The notes under the pieces were generated by a model. The model saw only the letters and a program-made list of their open reading frames with translations. It did not search any database and was not told where the DNA came from. A program made the position numbers and the translations under genes. Source: Saprospiraceae bacterium (GTDB lineage Bacteria; Bacteroidota; Bacteroidia; Chitinophagales; Saprospiraceae). From it: a stretch of DNA of 64,000 nt. Positions 27,501-35,627 of the stretch are shown in pieces. Numbering within the stretch: the first letter of the stretch is position 1; the number at the start of each line of letters is the position of its first letter. The DNA is taken from the NCBI GenBank assembly GCA_042095835.1, contig JBELML010000010.1:21186-85185 (forward strand), given 5' to 3'.

Positions 27501-28033
27501 AATATCTTTCTTATGGTAAAGGAGCTATGGTATTATGGTCCCTGAGTCAGCAGATGGGAGAAGCAGATTTTAATGCCGTTTTAAAAACATTTTTAGAAAA
27601 ATATCAATTCAAAGCTGCTCCTTATCCAACTTCGGTTGATTTTCTTCAGCATTTACTTTCCGCTGCCCCTGAGCGAATGCACCAAATCATAAAAGATCAA
27701 ATAACGGATGTACAGATTTTCAATAATCGAATCGTCGAAGCCAAGCCGACAAAACTTTCGACCAAGCAATACCAAGTGCAAATTGAGTGTACACTGGAAA
27801 AATTCAGAAGCAGTCTAGAAAACAGGCTTCCATTCGATCAGGCCATTGAAATAGGGTTCTACGACCAGCAAAATCAATTGCAAAGCATCCAAAGATGGAA
27901 GCCCGATCTTGAGCAAAAAAGCAAGACCTTCAGCCTGGATTTCCAAGCATCTAGAGTGGTAATTGACCCCAGGATGCTACTCATCGACCTAGATTTAGAT
28001 GACAACGAAATTTCATTGGCGTGGAGAGATTAA
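24527..28033 (+). CDS. Fusion protein: polytopic ABC-2-like permease region (about 560 aa) plus an M1 (gluzincin) peptidase-like domain
   Basis: Roughly 12 hydrophobic helices fill the N-terminal half. The C-terminal half carries VSAHELTHQWWGN (HEXXH) and a downstream FLVESITEY Glu. It follows the ABC ATPase after a 28-nt gap. Confidence 0.8.
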   Translation: MFWSIFKYEVKHWLRQPATYLYYIVFAAIAWFLFVGSAGYFDGPSTASGPQKLLNSPLGIHSFFQYFGKFILFLLPAILGQGLYRDFSSNTYQLMYSYPISKPAYWWAKLSSGLVVVLLISTALGVGLLLGEYTPGLDRARMGPFQAMAYLRAYLVHLWPNLLSYGLLVFLIVALSRNIYAGFLSILGLYILQLISQNAFANQAYYIGLFDPYGQNTVAYLTRFWTLEEQNTKHFPIQGILLNNRLLFFGASLCLMIWAYRKFQLHTQSPLFRTKRLHLSFGKKANPKRINTAFTPQVSISFSSWQNLIRSWQLGVFHLGTILSSWIFQSLVGLGLLAMVFALGRVTNTGEMTVLPLTRIMLTVPATFFNLIIMILTFIYTGMLVHKDRSNQMDQLVDSTAVPNSVLFGAPFFAILQMQIILLFTMMIAGVSLQIYNGYYHFEWGLYFYHLFGIYLISLVIWALLSFFIHNILPNPYLGIFLLFLMWIGFANLPQLGIDTKVLAFNSPETLRYSDINGFGHGHRSYWRLEWYWLTLALLLALFSNLLWRRGVVNRLVERAKQIRVRWNRMTSVLVLALTLLVIGQGFSLLTEEAKAISRDIENQLFKDFEQAFAKYSGTQQAQIKAIDLHIDLFPEENNFRANGSYLLHNESDQYIDTILVKAGFGERSTFDFDRAFQMIDQDTFVQFFVFQLDHKLAPGDSLQMNFSIRNQANTLFERRSNILKNGTFLQSDIFPRLGYFLEEYTLAPTDTSAHQTNMQYPFADRIDFSATVSTSADQIAIAPGYLQKQWEIDGRNYFQYKMDHPIKFLFSINSGRFKVKEESYKGTNLKVFYHPQHSYNLEKMMGGLKGALDYNSEFFSPYQHREARIIAFPEPEGTFATTSANSIPTSEIRFIANTDIEDEQIDIAFYVSAHELTHQWWGNQVLPADAHGSAFLVESITEYISLKVYERQYGFEKAMQFLRAQHGRYLRGRNRERDQEYPLLNLRQQQQYLSYGKGAMVLWSLSQQMGEADFNAVLKTFLEKYQFKAAPYPTSVDFLQHLLSAAPERMHQIIKDQITDVQIFNNRIVEAKPTKLSTKQYQVQIECTLEKFRSSLENRLPFDQAIEIGFYDQQNQLQSIQRWKPDLEQKSKTFSLDFQASRVVIDPRMLLIDLDLDDNEISLAWRD

Positions 28034-28646
28034 TATGCCCATTCAGACCTTATTTAGCCCGATTCGGACTTTTCTTAACATATTTTTTCAAGCTCTGTTA
28101 AAATAAATTTAAAAAATAACCATTCATATAGTGGTCTTACTTTGTGGGGTAGAAAATTGAGAATAGAAGTAATTCAATTATTTCATACAATCTACTACCT
28201 TTGGTGCGCATTTATAAAAACGAGTCTCCTTCACCAAAGGAGTGCTGTTGTTAAGATGTAATTTCTTTTAAAAGTCCAGCGGTTGATCCCAATAATGAAG
28301 TAGATCTTATTGATATCAGCCGAAATAAGTGGATTTTCTAAAGAACCAATATGTTAGAAGCTATAAATTATAAAAAAAAATATATTTTCGCAGAATTGGC
28401 GAGAGAGGCTATTTAACTGGGAATTATGCACACAGCATTGATCTGTAGTACTTGGTTGATTGAATAATAACAAATCATATCTCCAAATCATAGGGCTTGC
28501 CCTACCCTCCTACTTAGATACGTCCTATCTCCTGTTCTGGTTCAGTATTGAATGAAGATAAATTATCGATTGAGGTGGTAGATCTCTATTCATTACTTAA
28601 TTGAGTAGTAAAATTTTAACTTTTGGATATCTCAAAAACTTATCAG

Positions 28647-29609
28647 ATGTCTGGATTACGTCTAATTGCAATCCTATGTCTTGTTGGCACCGCTAACGGA
28701 CTTTTTGCTCAGCAACTTTCCTTATTCACGCAGTACCGCGAAAACGCAACCATTATTAATCCAGCCGCAGTCGAGTCCGACTTCCTCGTTTTTGGCAATA
28801 ATCTCACCTTTGGAGCTTCCTACCGACAGCAGTGGGTGGGCCTCGAAGGCGCTCCGACTACTCAGGTGGTCCGAGGGAGCTATATTGCCAGTGGAATGAG
28901 TGGCGTAGCCTTGATGGCTGGTGGCCATATCATCAATGATGTGACTGGCCCTACTGGATTTACAGGCTTTTATGGTCGTATCGCAGGTATACTTAGTGGC
29001 GACCCTGAATACGGCGGCCTCGTAGTTGGCCTAAGTGCAGGTTATGTTCAATACCGTGTGAACGGTTCCGAACTAGTCTTCCGAGATGGTGTGGATAATA
29101 TCGGTGGTGTAGATCAATCTCAAATGTATCCCGATTTGGGGGTTGGTTTGTATTATTACCAAGCCGTGGGTGGCGGTCGCTACAGTAGTGACTTCATTTA
29201 TGGTGGGCTTTCCGTACCTCAACTTTTTGGCTTAGACCTGACTTTTCAAAATGATGCAGGAGAGTTTATTACCACAAGGGTGCAGCATATCTATGCCACC
29301 GCTGGTTACATCAAAACCTTCGATAACGAAAGCTTTATCGAGCCGTCGATCTGGGTGAAAAGTGTAGAAAACGCCGACATCAATGTCGATGTTAATCTTC
29401 GATACCAATTACCCTCTACCCTTTGGATAGGTGCTGGTTATTCTACCGCACAAACAATCCATTTGGAGACAGGTTTGGTGCTGAATGAGAACGTAGGACT
29501 AGACAACATGATCAGGATTGGTTATGGCTATGATTATTCCTTCACCTCTTTTGGTCCGACTGCTGGGAATACCCACGAAATCAACGTCACCTTTTCTTTT
29601 GACCGATAA
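28647..29609 (+). CDS. PorP/SprF-family T9SS outer-membrane protein
   Basis: Signal peptide from the ATG at 28647, then QQLSLFTQYRENATIINPAAV and YRQQWVGLEGAPTTQ, which are hallmark PorP/SprF motifs. It is directly upstream of a type-B CTD cargo gene. Confidence 0.85.
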   Translation: MSGLRLIAILCLVGTANGLFAQQLSLFTQYRENATIINPAAVESDFLVFGNNLTFGASYRQQWVGLEGAPTTQVVRGSYIASGMSGVALMAGGHIINDVTGPTGFTGFYGRIAGILSGDPEYGGLVVGLSAGYVQYRVNGSELVFRDGVDNIGGVDQSQMYPDLGVGLYYYQAVGGGRYSSDFIYGGLSVPQLFGLDLTFQNDAGEFITTRVQHIYATAGYIKTFDNESFIEPSIWVKSVENADINVDVNLRYQLPSTLWIGAGYSTAQTIHLETGLVLNENVGLDNMIRIGYGYDYSFTSFGPTAGNTHEINVTFSFDR

Positions 29610-29691
29610 ACAAATGCTTGATATCTGTAGAAGCACAGCCTAGTGATTGCACTTGTTTTGTGCCCTCTTCTATTAAAAATTAATTCAACTC

Positions 29692-32600
29692 ATGAGATTG
29701 ATAAAAAATATAGCACTGTTCGTCACCCTCTTGGTATCCCTACCACTAAGTGTATGGTCGCAAGGAGGTGGTCCTACTTTTTCATTTACCTCTGAAACGC
29801 CATGTACGGGTGATGACTTCTGCCTCGATGTGACAGTAGAGGATTTCACTGATATCTTGGCGATTAAGTTTCCAGTCACCTGGGATACTTCTGTAGTCGA
29901 GTTTCAATCTATCACCAATTTTGGTCTCCCAGGTATGAACCTAGCGGATTTCGATCTTTCTACGGTCAATGAGGGACTGATTCGAGTCAATTGGCAATTC
30001 GATGATTGTGAAGTGGCGACTCAGGGTTCAACTATTCAGGATGATGTCATCATCTTCACCCTTTGTTTCCGAGCTATCGGCGATTATGGGGCCGTTACTA
30101 ATGTGAGCATTCTCAACCAAGACACGGTACTACTTGGCGATCCTGATCCCGTAAATATTCAGCGTTTTGGTATCGATTGTTCGATTGATATTCAAATCAA
30201 CAGTGTCAACCCTGGTGTTGTCTCTACCTGTGTAATTCCGGTAGAACTTTATGCTACGAGTACTCTTGGTAATACCGGCGAACTCGTATCTATCGATGTA
30301 AAATCCAGAGGATTCACAGACCTCAATGCTTTACAATTCACCATGGTCTGGGATTCAAGTATTTTGATGTTGGAGGAAGTCATTCCACTAGAGGCACTGA
30401 TCAACCTCAATGTCAACAACTTTGGTACTCCGGTCAATAACATCAATGTTCCAAGAGGTAATTTGACTTTTACCTGGAACTATATTGACCCTACCGGAAA
30501 TGACTTGGGTGCCACCTTAGTCAACGATGAAAGTGTATTCACACTAAACTTCCGAATCATAGGAGATTGTGAAACTTCTAGCGCTGTGGGTATTGATCTA
30601 AGCGAAGATGCCCTCACGCCCTTGGAAGCTATTAGCTCCCGTGAAGAAAATGGGCAAGTCATCAATGATAATATTCCTTTAATAACCACCGACGGAGAAG
30701 TAGCCACAGGAGCCTGTACCCCTGATGGTTTGATTTTGTTTACCGATTGTGGAGCACCTACTGGCCTAGACTCTATCGTATGTGTTACGGTATCAGCTGG
30801 AGCCATCAACGATTTGACAGATATCCGCTACCTCATGGAGTGGAATCCCAATATACTAGAGTATCAAAACATCAATATCCTGACCAACTCCATGCAAGGA
30901 CTCAATCAGGGAAGTTTTGATGCCGCCAATGCCAGCAATGGTCTTTTAGAATTAGATTGGTCTTCTCTCAGTTCATTATTTAATGCCAGCTTTGTAGAAG
31001 GCGAGCAACTCTACGAGGTATGTTTTAAAGTCGTCGGACTTGGAGGAAATAGCCCGGTAAGGATTGATCCGACAGCTCCCGCAGCCAGAGTTCGTAGAGA
31101 AGGCTCCTTCATTCCAGTAGGTTTATTCCCGAACAATTGCGAGGTAGAAGTCAACCAACCAGCGGGAGTTACACTCAACCTTTCAGACGCGCAAGCACCA
31201 CAAGGCGATACCATGTGCGTAGACATCACCGCTGCGAACTTCAACGAATTGGTCAATCTCCAATTTTCCCTTAGCTGGGAAACGACACATGCTATATATG
31301 CTGGCATTAGAAATATCAATCCTTTACTAGCAGATAGTATCACCATAGATACAGGAGGTATTGGTTCTGGTAGTTTCACCTTCTTGTGGAATAATACCAA
31401 CGGCGTTACCTTAAATAGCGATGAGGTCCTCTTCTCCCTTTGTTTGGCGGCAATAGGTCCCTCACCGGGGGAGCTGTCCCAAAATAATAACTGTCAGGAG
31501 CTACAAGTTGTACCATTTCCATTAGTTGGGCAAGCAAAAAGTCTTGCTTCTCTAGATAATGATATTGGCCTAACGGGGGTCAATGGCGAAATTTGTATCC
31601 TGAACCCAGAAGGATTCTTTCTGGTTGTAGAAAACGAAGAAGGTTTTGTCAACTTTGGTACTTGTATTGATTTCAAAGTTGCGGAGTTTGATAGTATCAC
31701 CTCTGCTCAGTTTTCTCTCAACTGGGATGCTACCGATTTAAGCTTTGATAGTATCGTTTTACGAGATTTTCCAGGTTTGGAGATCGGTACCAACTTAGAC
31801 ACCTCAGCAGTCCGTACCGGATTGATTAGATTCGATTGGACAGACCTACAATCTCAGACAGTAGCCGATAGTACGGTCTTATTTGAGGTCTGTTATACCC
31901 TAATTGGACCTGTGAACACCTGTACAGACATCGAGATCAATAGTGATCCGAATCCCTCTGTTACGACCATCAATGGCGCAGGTAGTGTATTTCCACTTGG
32001 AGGAGGGGTTTGCATCAAAGATACCCTGATTATAGTTGATTCGATCATCACGGCAGTTACCTGTCCAGATGCTATCGATGGCACCATAGAAGTAAGCGTA
32101 ACAGGAGCAACCGGAGAACCTGTCTTTTATAACTGGGTCTCCTTGGAATCCGAAAACGTACCGGTGCAATCTGGCCCTAAGGCAGTCAACCTACCTGTTG
32201 GTCGGGTAGCGGTTACGGCATTTACGCTAACGAATCCACCGTTAGTTACAAGAGATACTTTTTCGATTCCGCTTACTACTGTTTTACCGGAAGCTAATGC
32301 AGGAGATGATGTGGACTTTAATTGTGTAACGGATGCTGCACGTTTAGAAGGTAGCGGATCAACTGGAGATATTTATGATTATCGTTGGACTGCGCTTAGT
32401 GGTACGATCGCTAGTGGCACGGACAACGCTATTGTATTAGTTAGCTCTCCAGGAACTTATGTATTTAGCGTGATCAACTCTGAATCACTTTGTTCTGCAC
32501 GAGACACCATGATTGTACGTAGTCCTGTGATCCCTTCAGTCAACGCTGGACAAGATGTATTCCTAACCTGTGCTGATTCCTCAAAAGTGTTGGATGGAAC

Positions 32601-35367
32601 ATTGTCTTCTCCAACTGATTCGAGTGTTTCTATAACATGGACTGCTTTCTCAGGAGGAGTAATTGAAGCTGGTGAAGCCAATGTGATTTCACCAAGAGTC
32701 AGTCTACCTGGAACGTATGTCCTAGAGATTGCTTTTAAAGAGACTGGATGTTCTGAAACGGATACCGTACGAGTAGAAAGTGTGGAAGAATTCACGCCGG
32801 TATCAGCAGGACCCGATGTGGAATTAAACTGCGATACGAATGGTGTCACTTTATTTGCCAATATTGATAACTCCGTAAGGGACTTTAATTTCTCGTGGTT
32901 TGATGAAAATGACTCGCTTATTATTGTCGATGACCGCGTAAATGTCAATACACCAGGTTTATATCGCATCGTTGCGCAGGATAGAGATAACTTCTGCGAA
33001 ACTACAGATACCATAGAAGTACTGCCTAATAGTCGTCAACCAGTAATCGATTTGATAGATTCCTCAGCACTCGACTGTACGAATCCGACCCTAGACTTGA
33101 TGGCTGTGGTGAGTAATACCGATAGCTTCACCGTTGCTTGGCAAGCATCAGCTGGTGGTGTATTCGAGCAAGATACCACCGATGCTTTAGCCATAACAGC
33201 TACTGCTGCAGGTGTGTTTACGCTTACGATTACAGATACCACCACTAGTTGTATAACCATTGATTCGGTAATGGTCGACAACCAAATCGAAACGATCAGT
33301 GTAGATGCAGGTATAGGTGGCGACTTGACTTGTGAGGCTCCAAACTTGACGCTGCGATCAACAGTAGATACCAGTCTGTCGCTGGAATGGACGCTCAATG
33401 ACAATCCAATTGGCGACCAAGACACGCTAGCCGTAACCACCGCAGGAACCTATTTCCTAACTGCGACCAACCTAGCAACGGGTTGTAATAATATAGATTC
33501 GGTGGCCGTAACTAGCTCGGCTGACTTACCAGAAATCACGGCTCCTAATTTGCCTACTATTACCTGCGAAGAAACCACTGTGGTTTTAAATGCAGAGGTT
33601 ATGCCTAGTGATGCTGATTATGCCTACAGCTGGTCTGTAGTAGATCAAGGAGAAATTGTAAGCGGTGAAAATACGGCTGCGCTTACAGTGGGTGCCGCTG
33701 GAACCTATCTATTACAGGCTACAAATACAGCAACGGGTTGTACTAGTTCCAATAGCTTCACCGTACCAACCGATACCATTACTCCTACGGCTATTGCTGG
33801 AGATGATCAGGTACTCACTTGTACCCAAAATTCTGTCTCTCTGAATGGTGTAGGTTCAGAAGTTGGACTAAATATTGTTTACAATTGGTCTACCCTTGAA
33901 GGTAATGGCATGGCTAGTCCTGCTAATCAGCTACAAACAACAGTGGATGGTCCTGGTACATATATGTTGGAAGTAAGAGATACCCTTACCGGTTGCTCAA
34001 GTACAGATATGGTAGTGGTTACTCCAGATACTGCTTTACCCAATGTTACATTGGCTCCACTTACAGAAGTGTTGACTTGTACCACAAATATGCTAATGCT
34101 TGATGGAACTGGATCTGACTCTGGTGCAGGCTTTTCTGCCAACTGGAATGCCCTAGATGGACAACTTGCCCCACAGACGGGTAACGATCCTTTGATGGCC
34201 TCCGTCACACAAGCAGGAGATTATGAACTTGTCATATTGAACCTAGCCACCGGATGCCAAAGTAATGCCAATATCACCGTAACAGAGGACCGCGACTTGC
34301 CAATGGCTTCTGCAGGAGAAGATGTGACTGTAACCTGTCCAGGAAATCCTGTCAGTCTAGATGGTTCCCTATCAGAACAAGGGCCTAATTTATCCTATAG
34401 CTGGACAACGATCTCTGGCGGTGAATTATCCAATCCTACTTCTTTGGCACCAACTGTTAATGAACCAGGAGAATTTGAAATCGTTGTTACCGATTCTACT
34501 AATGGCTGTACCAACTCAGATATCGTACTAGCGATCTTAGATCCAAACCTAACAGTAGCTAATGCTGGAATGGACGATTCCAGCTGTGATTCCCTTGCTT
34601 TAATTGTAGCAGAACCACCATTAGGCGCAACGGGCTTATGGACGACAACGGGTGCTGCAATTATTGATGTAGCAGATGGAAACTCAACGACCATCAATAA
34701 CTTGCAACCTGGTCCAAACGTATTTGTATGGACACTTTCTACTGCTGACTGTCCTAATTATAGTAGTGATTCTGTCACTGTCATTAGAGAGCAGGCACCA
34801 CAGGCAAATATTGATGCCGTTGATTTACCCGTAGGAACAAATCAGACCACGATTAGTGTGACTGCTAATGATATCATCACCTCCCAAAGTGGTGCCAATA
34901 TCAGCATCGTTTCTAATCCTACTTTAGGTGCGGTTGACTCGGTGACGGGCAACACCGTTACTTATCGGGTAGCGCGAGGAATTGTTGGTGAGGATATGTT
35001 TACTTATGAGATTTGTAATAATGAATGTCCCAACTTATGTGATAGAGCTACGGTCTCTGTAAACGTACCTTTTGACCCTAACTACAGCCCGACGCTCGCC
35101 AATGGTATCACGCCCAACGGCGATGGACAAAATGATGAGCTCAGGTTTGAGGTATTAGAAATTGAGCCAGATGCTTTCCCTGATAATGAGATTATTATCT
35201 TCAATAGATGGGGAGATATTGTTTTCCAAGCCAAACCTTACAACAACAATTGGCGAGGCACCAATGATTCTGGACAAGAATTACCACAAGGAACCTACTA
35301 CTATATTTTGAGACTAGATATCTCAGAAGGTAATATCGTCTCGGGAGATGTGACCATCGTCAAATAA
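29692..35367 (+). CDS. Giant T9SS type-B-CTD surface protein: five cohesin-like modules, an SprB-like repeat, about ten Ig/PKD-like repeats and a cadherin-like domain
   Basis: Signal peptide, then five modules of about 120-150 aa between aa 28 and 775 sharing the pattern C.DV.V..F.D...LQF...WD...L.F......G.(L/I).(F/L).W......V(L/I)F.(L/V)CF. Tandem repeats of about 78 aa of the form (A/V)xAGxDxxLxC...Y.W...G...PGTY......GC..D...V follow. The C-terminal TPNGDGQNDELRF...IFNRWGDIVF...GTYYYIL is a type-B CTD. Confidence 0.85.
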   Translation: MRLIKNIALFVTLLVSLPLSVWSQGGGPTFSFTSETPCTGDDFCLDVTVEDFTDILAIKFPVTWDTSVVEFQSITNFGLPGMNLADFDLSTVNEGLIRVNWQFDDCEVATQGSTIQDDVIIFTLCFRAIGDYGAVTNVSILNQDTVLLGDPDPVNIQRFGIDCSIDIQINSVNPGVVSTCVIPVELYATSTLGNTGELVSIDVKSRGFTDLNALQFTMVWDSSILMLEEVIPLEALINLNVNNFGTPVNNINVPRGNLTFTWNYIDPTGNDLGATLVNDESVFTLNFRIIGDCETSSAVGIDLSEDALTPLEAISSREENGQVINDNIPLITTDGEVATGACTPDGLILFTDCGAPTGLDSIVCVTVSAGAINDLTDIRYLMEWNPNILEYQNINILTNSMQGLNQGSFDAANASNGLLELDWSSLSSLFNASFVEGEQLYEVCFKVVGLGGNSPVRIDPTAPAARVRREGSFIPVGLFPNNCEVEVNQPAGVTLNLSDAQAPQGDTMCVDITAANFNELVNLQFSLSWETTHAIYAGIRNINPLLADSITIDTGGIGSGSFTFLWNNTNGVTLNSDEVLFSLCLAAIGPSPGELSQNNNCQELQVVPFPLVGQAKSLASLDNDIGLTGVNGEICILNPEGFFLVVENEEGFVNFGTCIDFKVAEFDSITSAQFSLNWDATDLSFDSIVLRDFPGLEIGTNLDTSAVRTGLIRFDWTDLQSQTVADSTVLFEVCYTLIGPVNTCTDIEINSDPNPSVTTINGAGSVFPLGGGVCIKDTLIIVDSIITAVTCPDAIDGTIEVSVTGATGEPVFYNWVSLESENVPVQSGPKAVNLPVGRVAVTAFTLTNPPLVTRDTFSIPLTTVLPEANAGDDVDFNCVTDAARLEGSGSTGDIYDYRWTALSGTIASGTDNAIVLVSSPGTYVFSVINSESLCSARDTMIVRSPVIPSVNAGQDVFLTCADSSKVLDGTLSSPTDSSVSITWTAFSGGVIEAGEANVISPRVSLPGTYVLEIAFKETGCSETDTVRVESVEEFTPVSAGPDVELNCDTNGVTLFANIDNSVRDFNFSWFDENDSLIIVDDRVNVNTPGLYRIVAQDRDNFCETTDTIEVLPNSRQPVIDLIDSSALDCTNPTLDLMAVVSNTDSFTVAWQASAGGVFEQDTTDALAITATAAGVFTLTITDTTTSCITIDSVMVDNQIETISVDAGIGGDLTCEAPNLTLRSTVDTSLSLEWTLNDNPIGDQDTLAVTTAGTYFLTATNLATGCNNIDSVAVTSSADLPEITAPNLPTITCEETTVVLNAEVMPSDADYAYSWSVVDQGEIVSGENTAALTVGAAGTYLLQATNTATGCTSSNSFTVPTDTITPTAIAGDDQVLTCTQNSVSLNGVGSEVGLNIVYNWSTLEGNGMASPANQLQTTVDGPGTYMLEVRDTLTGCSSTDMVVVTPDTALPNVTLAPLTEVLTCTTNMLMLDGTGSDSGAGFSANWNALDGQLAPQTGNDPLMASVTQAGDYELVILNLATGCQSNANITVTEDRDLPMASAGEDVTVTCPGNPVSLDGSLSEQGPNLSYSWTTISGGELSNPTSLAPTVNEPGEFEIVVTDSTNGCTNSDIVLAILDPNLTVANAGMDDSSCDSLALIVAEPPLGATGLWTTTGAAIIDVADGNSTTINNLQPGPNVFVWTLSTADCPNYSSDSVTVIREQAPQANIDAVDLPVGTNQTTISVTANDIITSQSGANISIVSNPTLGAVDSVTGNTVTYRVARGIVGEDMFTYEICNNECPNLCDRATVSVNVPFDPNYSPTLANGITPNGDGQNDELRFEVLEIEPDAFPDNEIIIFNRWGDIVFQAKPYNNNWRGTNDSGQELPQGTYYYILRLDISEGNIVSGDVTIVK

Positions 35368-35386
35368 ATCGATGTAAACCATCTTT

Positions 35387-35428
35387 AAAAGTCCCGTTTG
35401 GCATGGCCAAGCGGGACTTTTTTTTTAC
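35387..35428 (+). terminator. Rho-independent terminator after the 1891-aa gene
   Basis: aaaagtcccgtttggc-atg-gccaagcgggactttt hairpin with one G-T wobble, followed by a T9 run. Confidence 0.8.
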
Positions 35429-35627
35429 TTTTGTCCTACCTATCATAAACACCTCCACGAATTTAGACCTCAAATACTCTTTTCGTCAGTATTCCCTTGA
35501 TGAAGTTTCTCGGTTTTTTTAATCAATCGACTGACACCTCTGATAGCTCTACTTATCTACTCAACTTGTGTAGCTAGATAGTAGTTGGCCATTAGCTAAA
35601 GTCAGTCCCGTAAAATGTTGAGGCGAC

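Noticed and set aside
32457-33014. 185-aa minus-strand ORF, together with many other 60-130-aa antisense ORFs (30480..30809, 31011..31400, 33036..33440, 33927..34208, 34395..34697) inside the 1891-aa gene
   Set aside because: They lie entirely antisense to a long, motif-rich repeat-protein gene. Their translations are low-complexity (S/T/V/P-rich) with no motifs. They are typical shadow ORFs.
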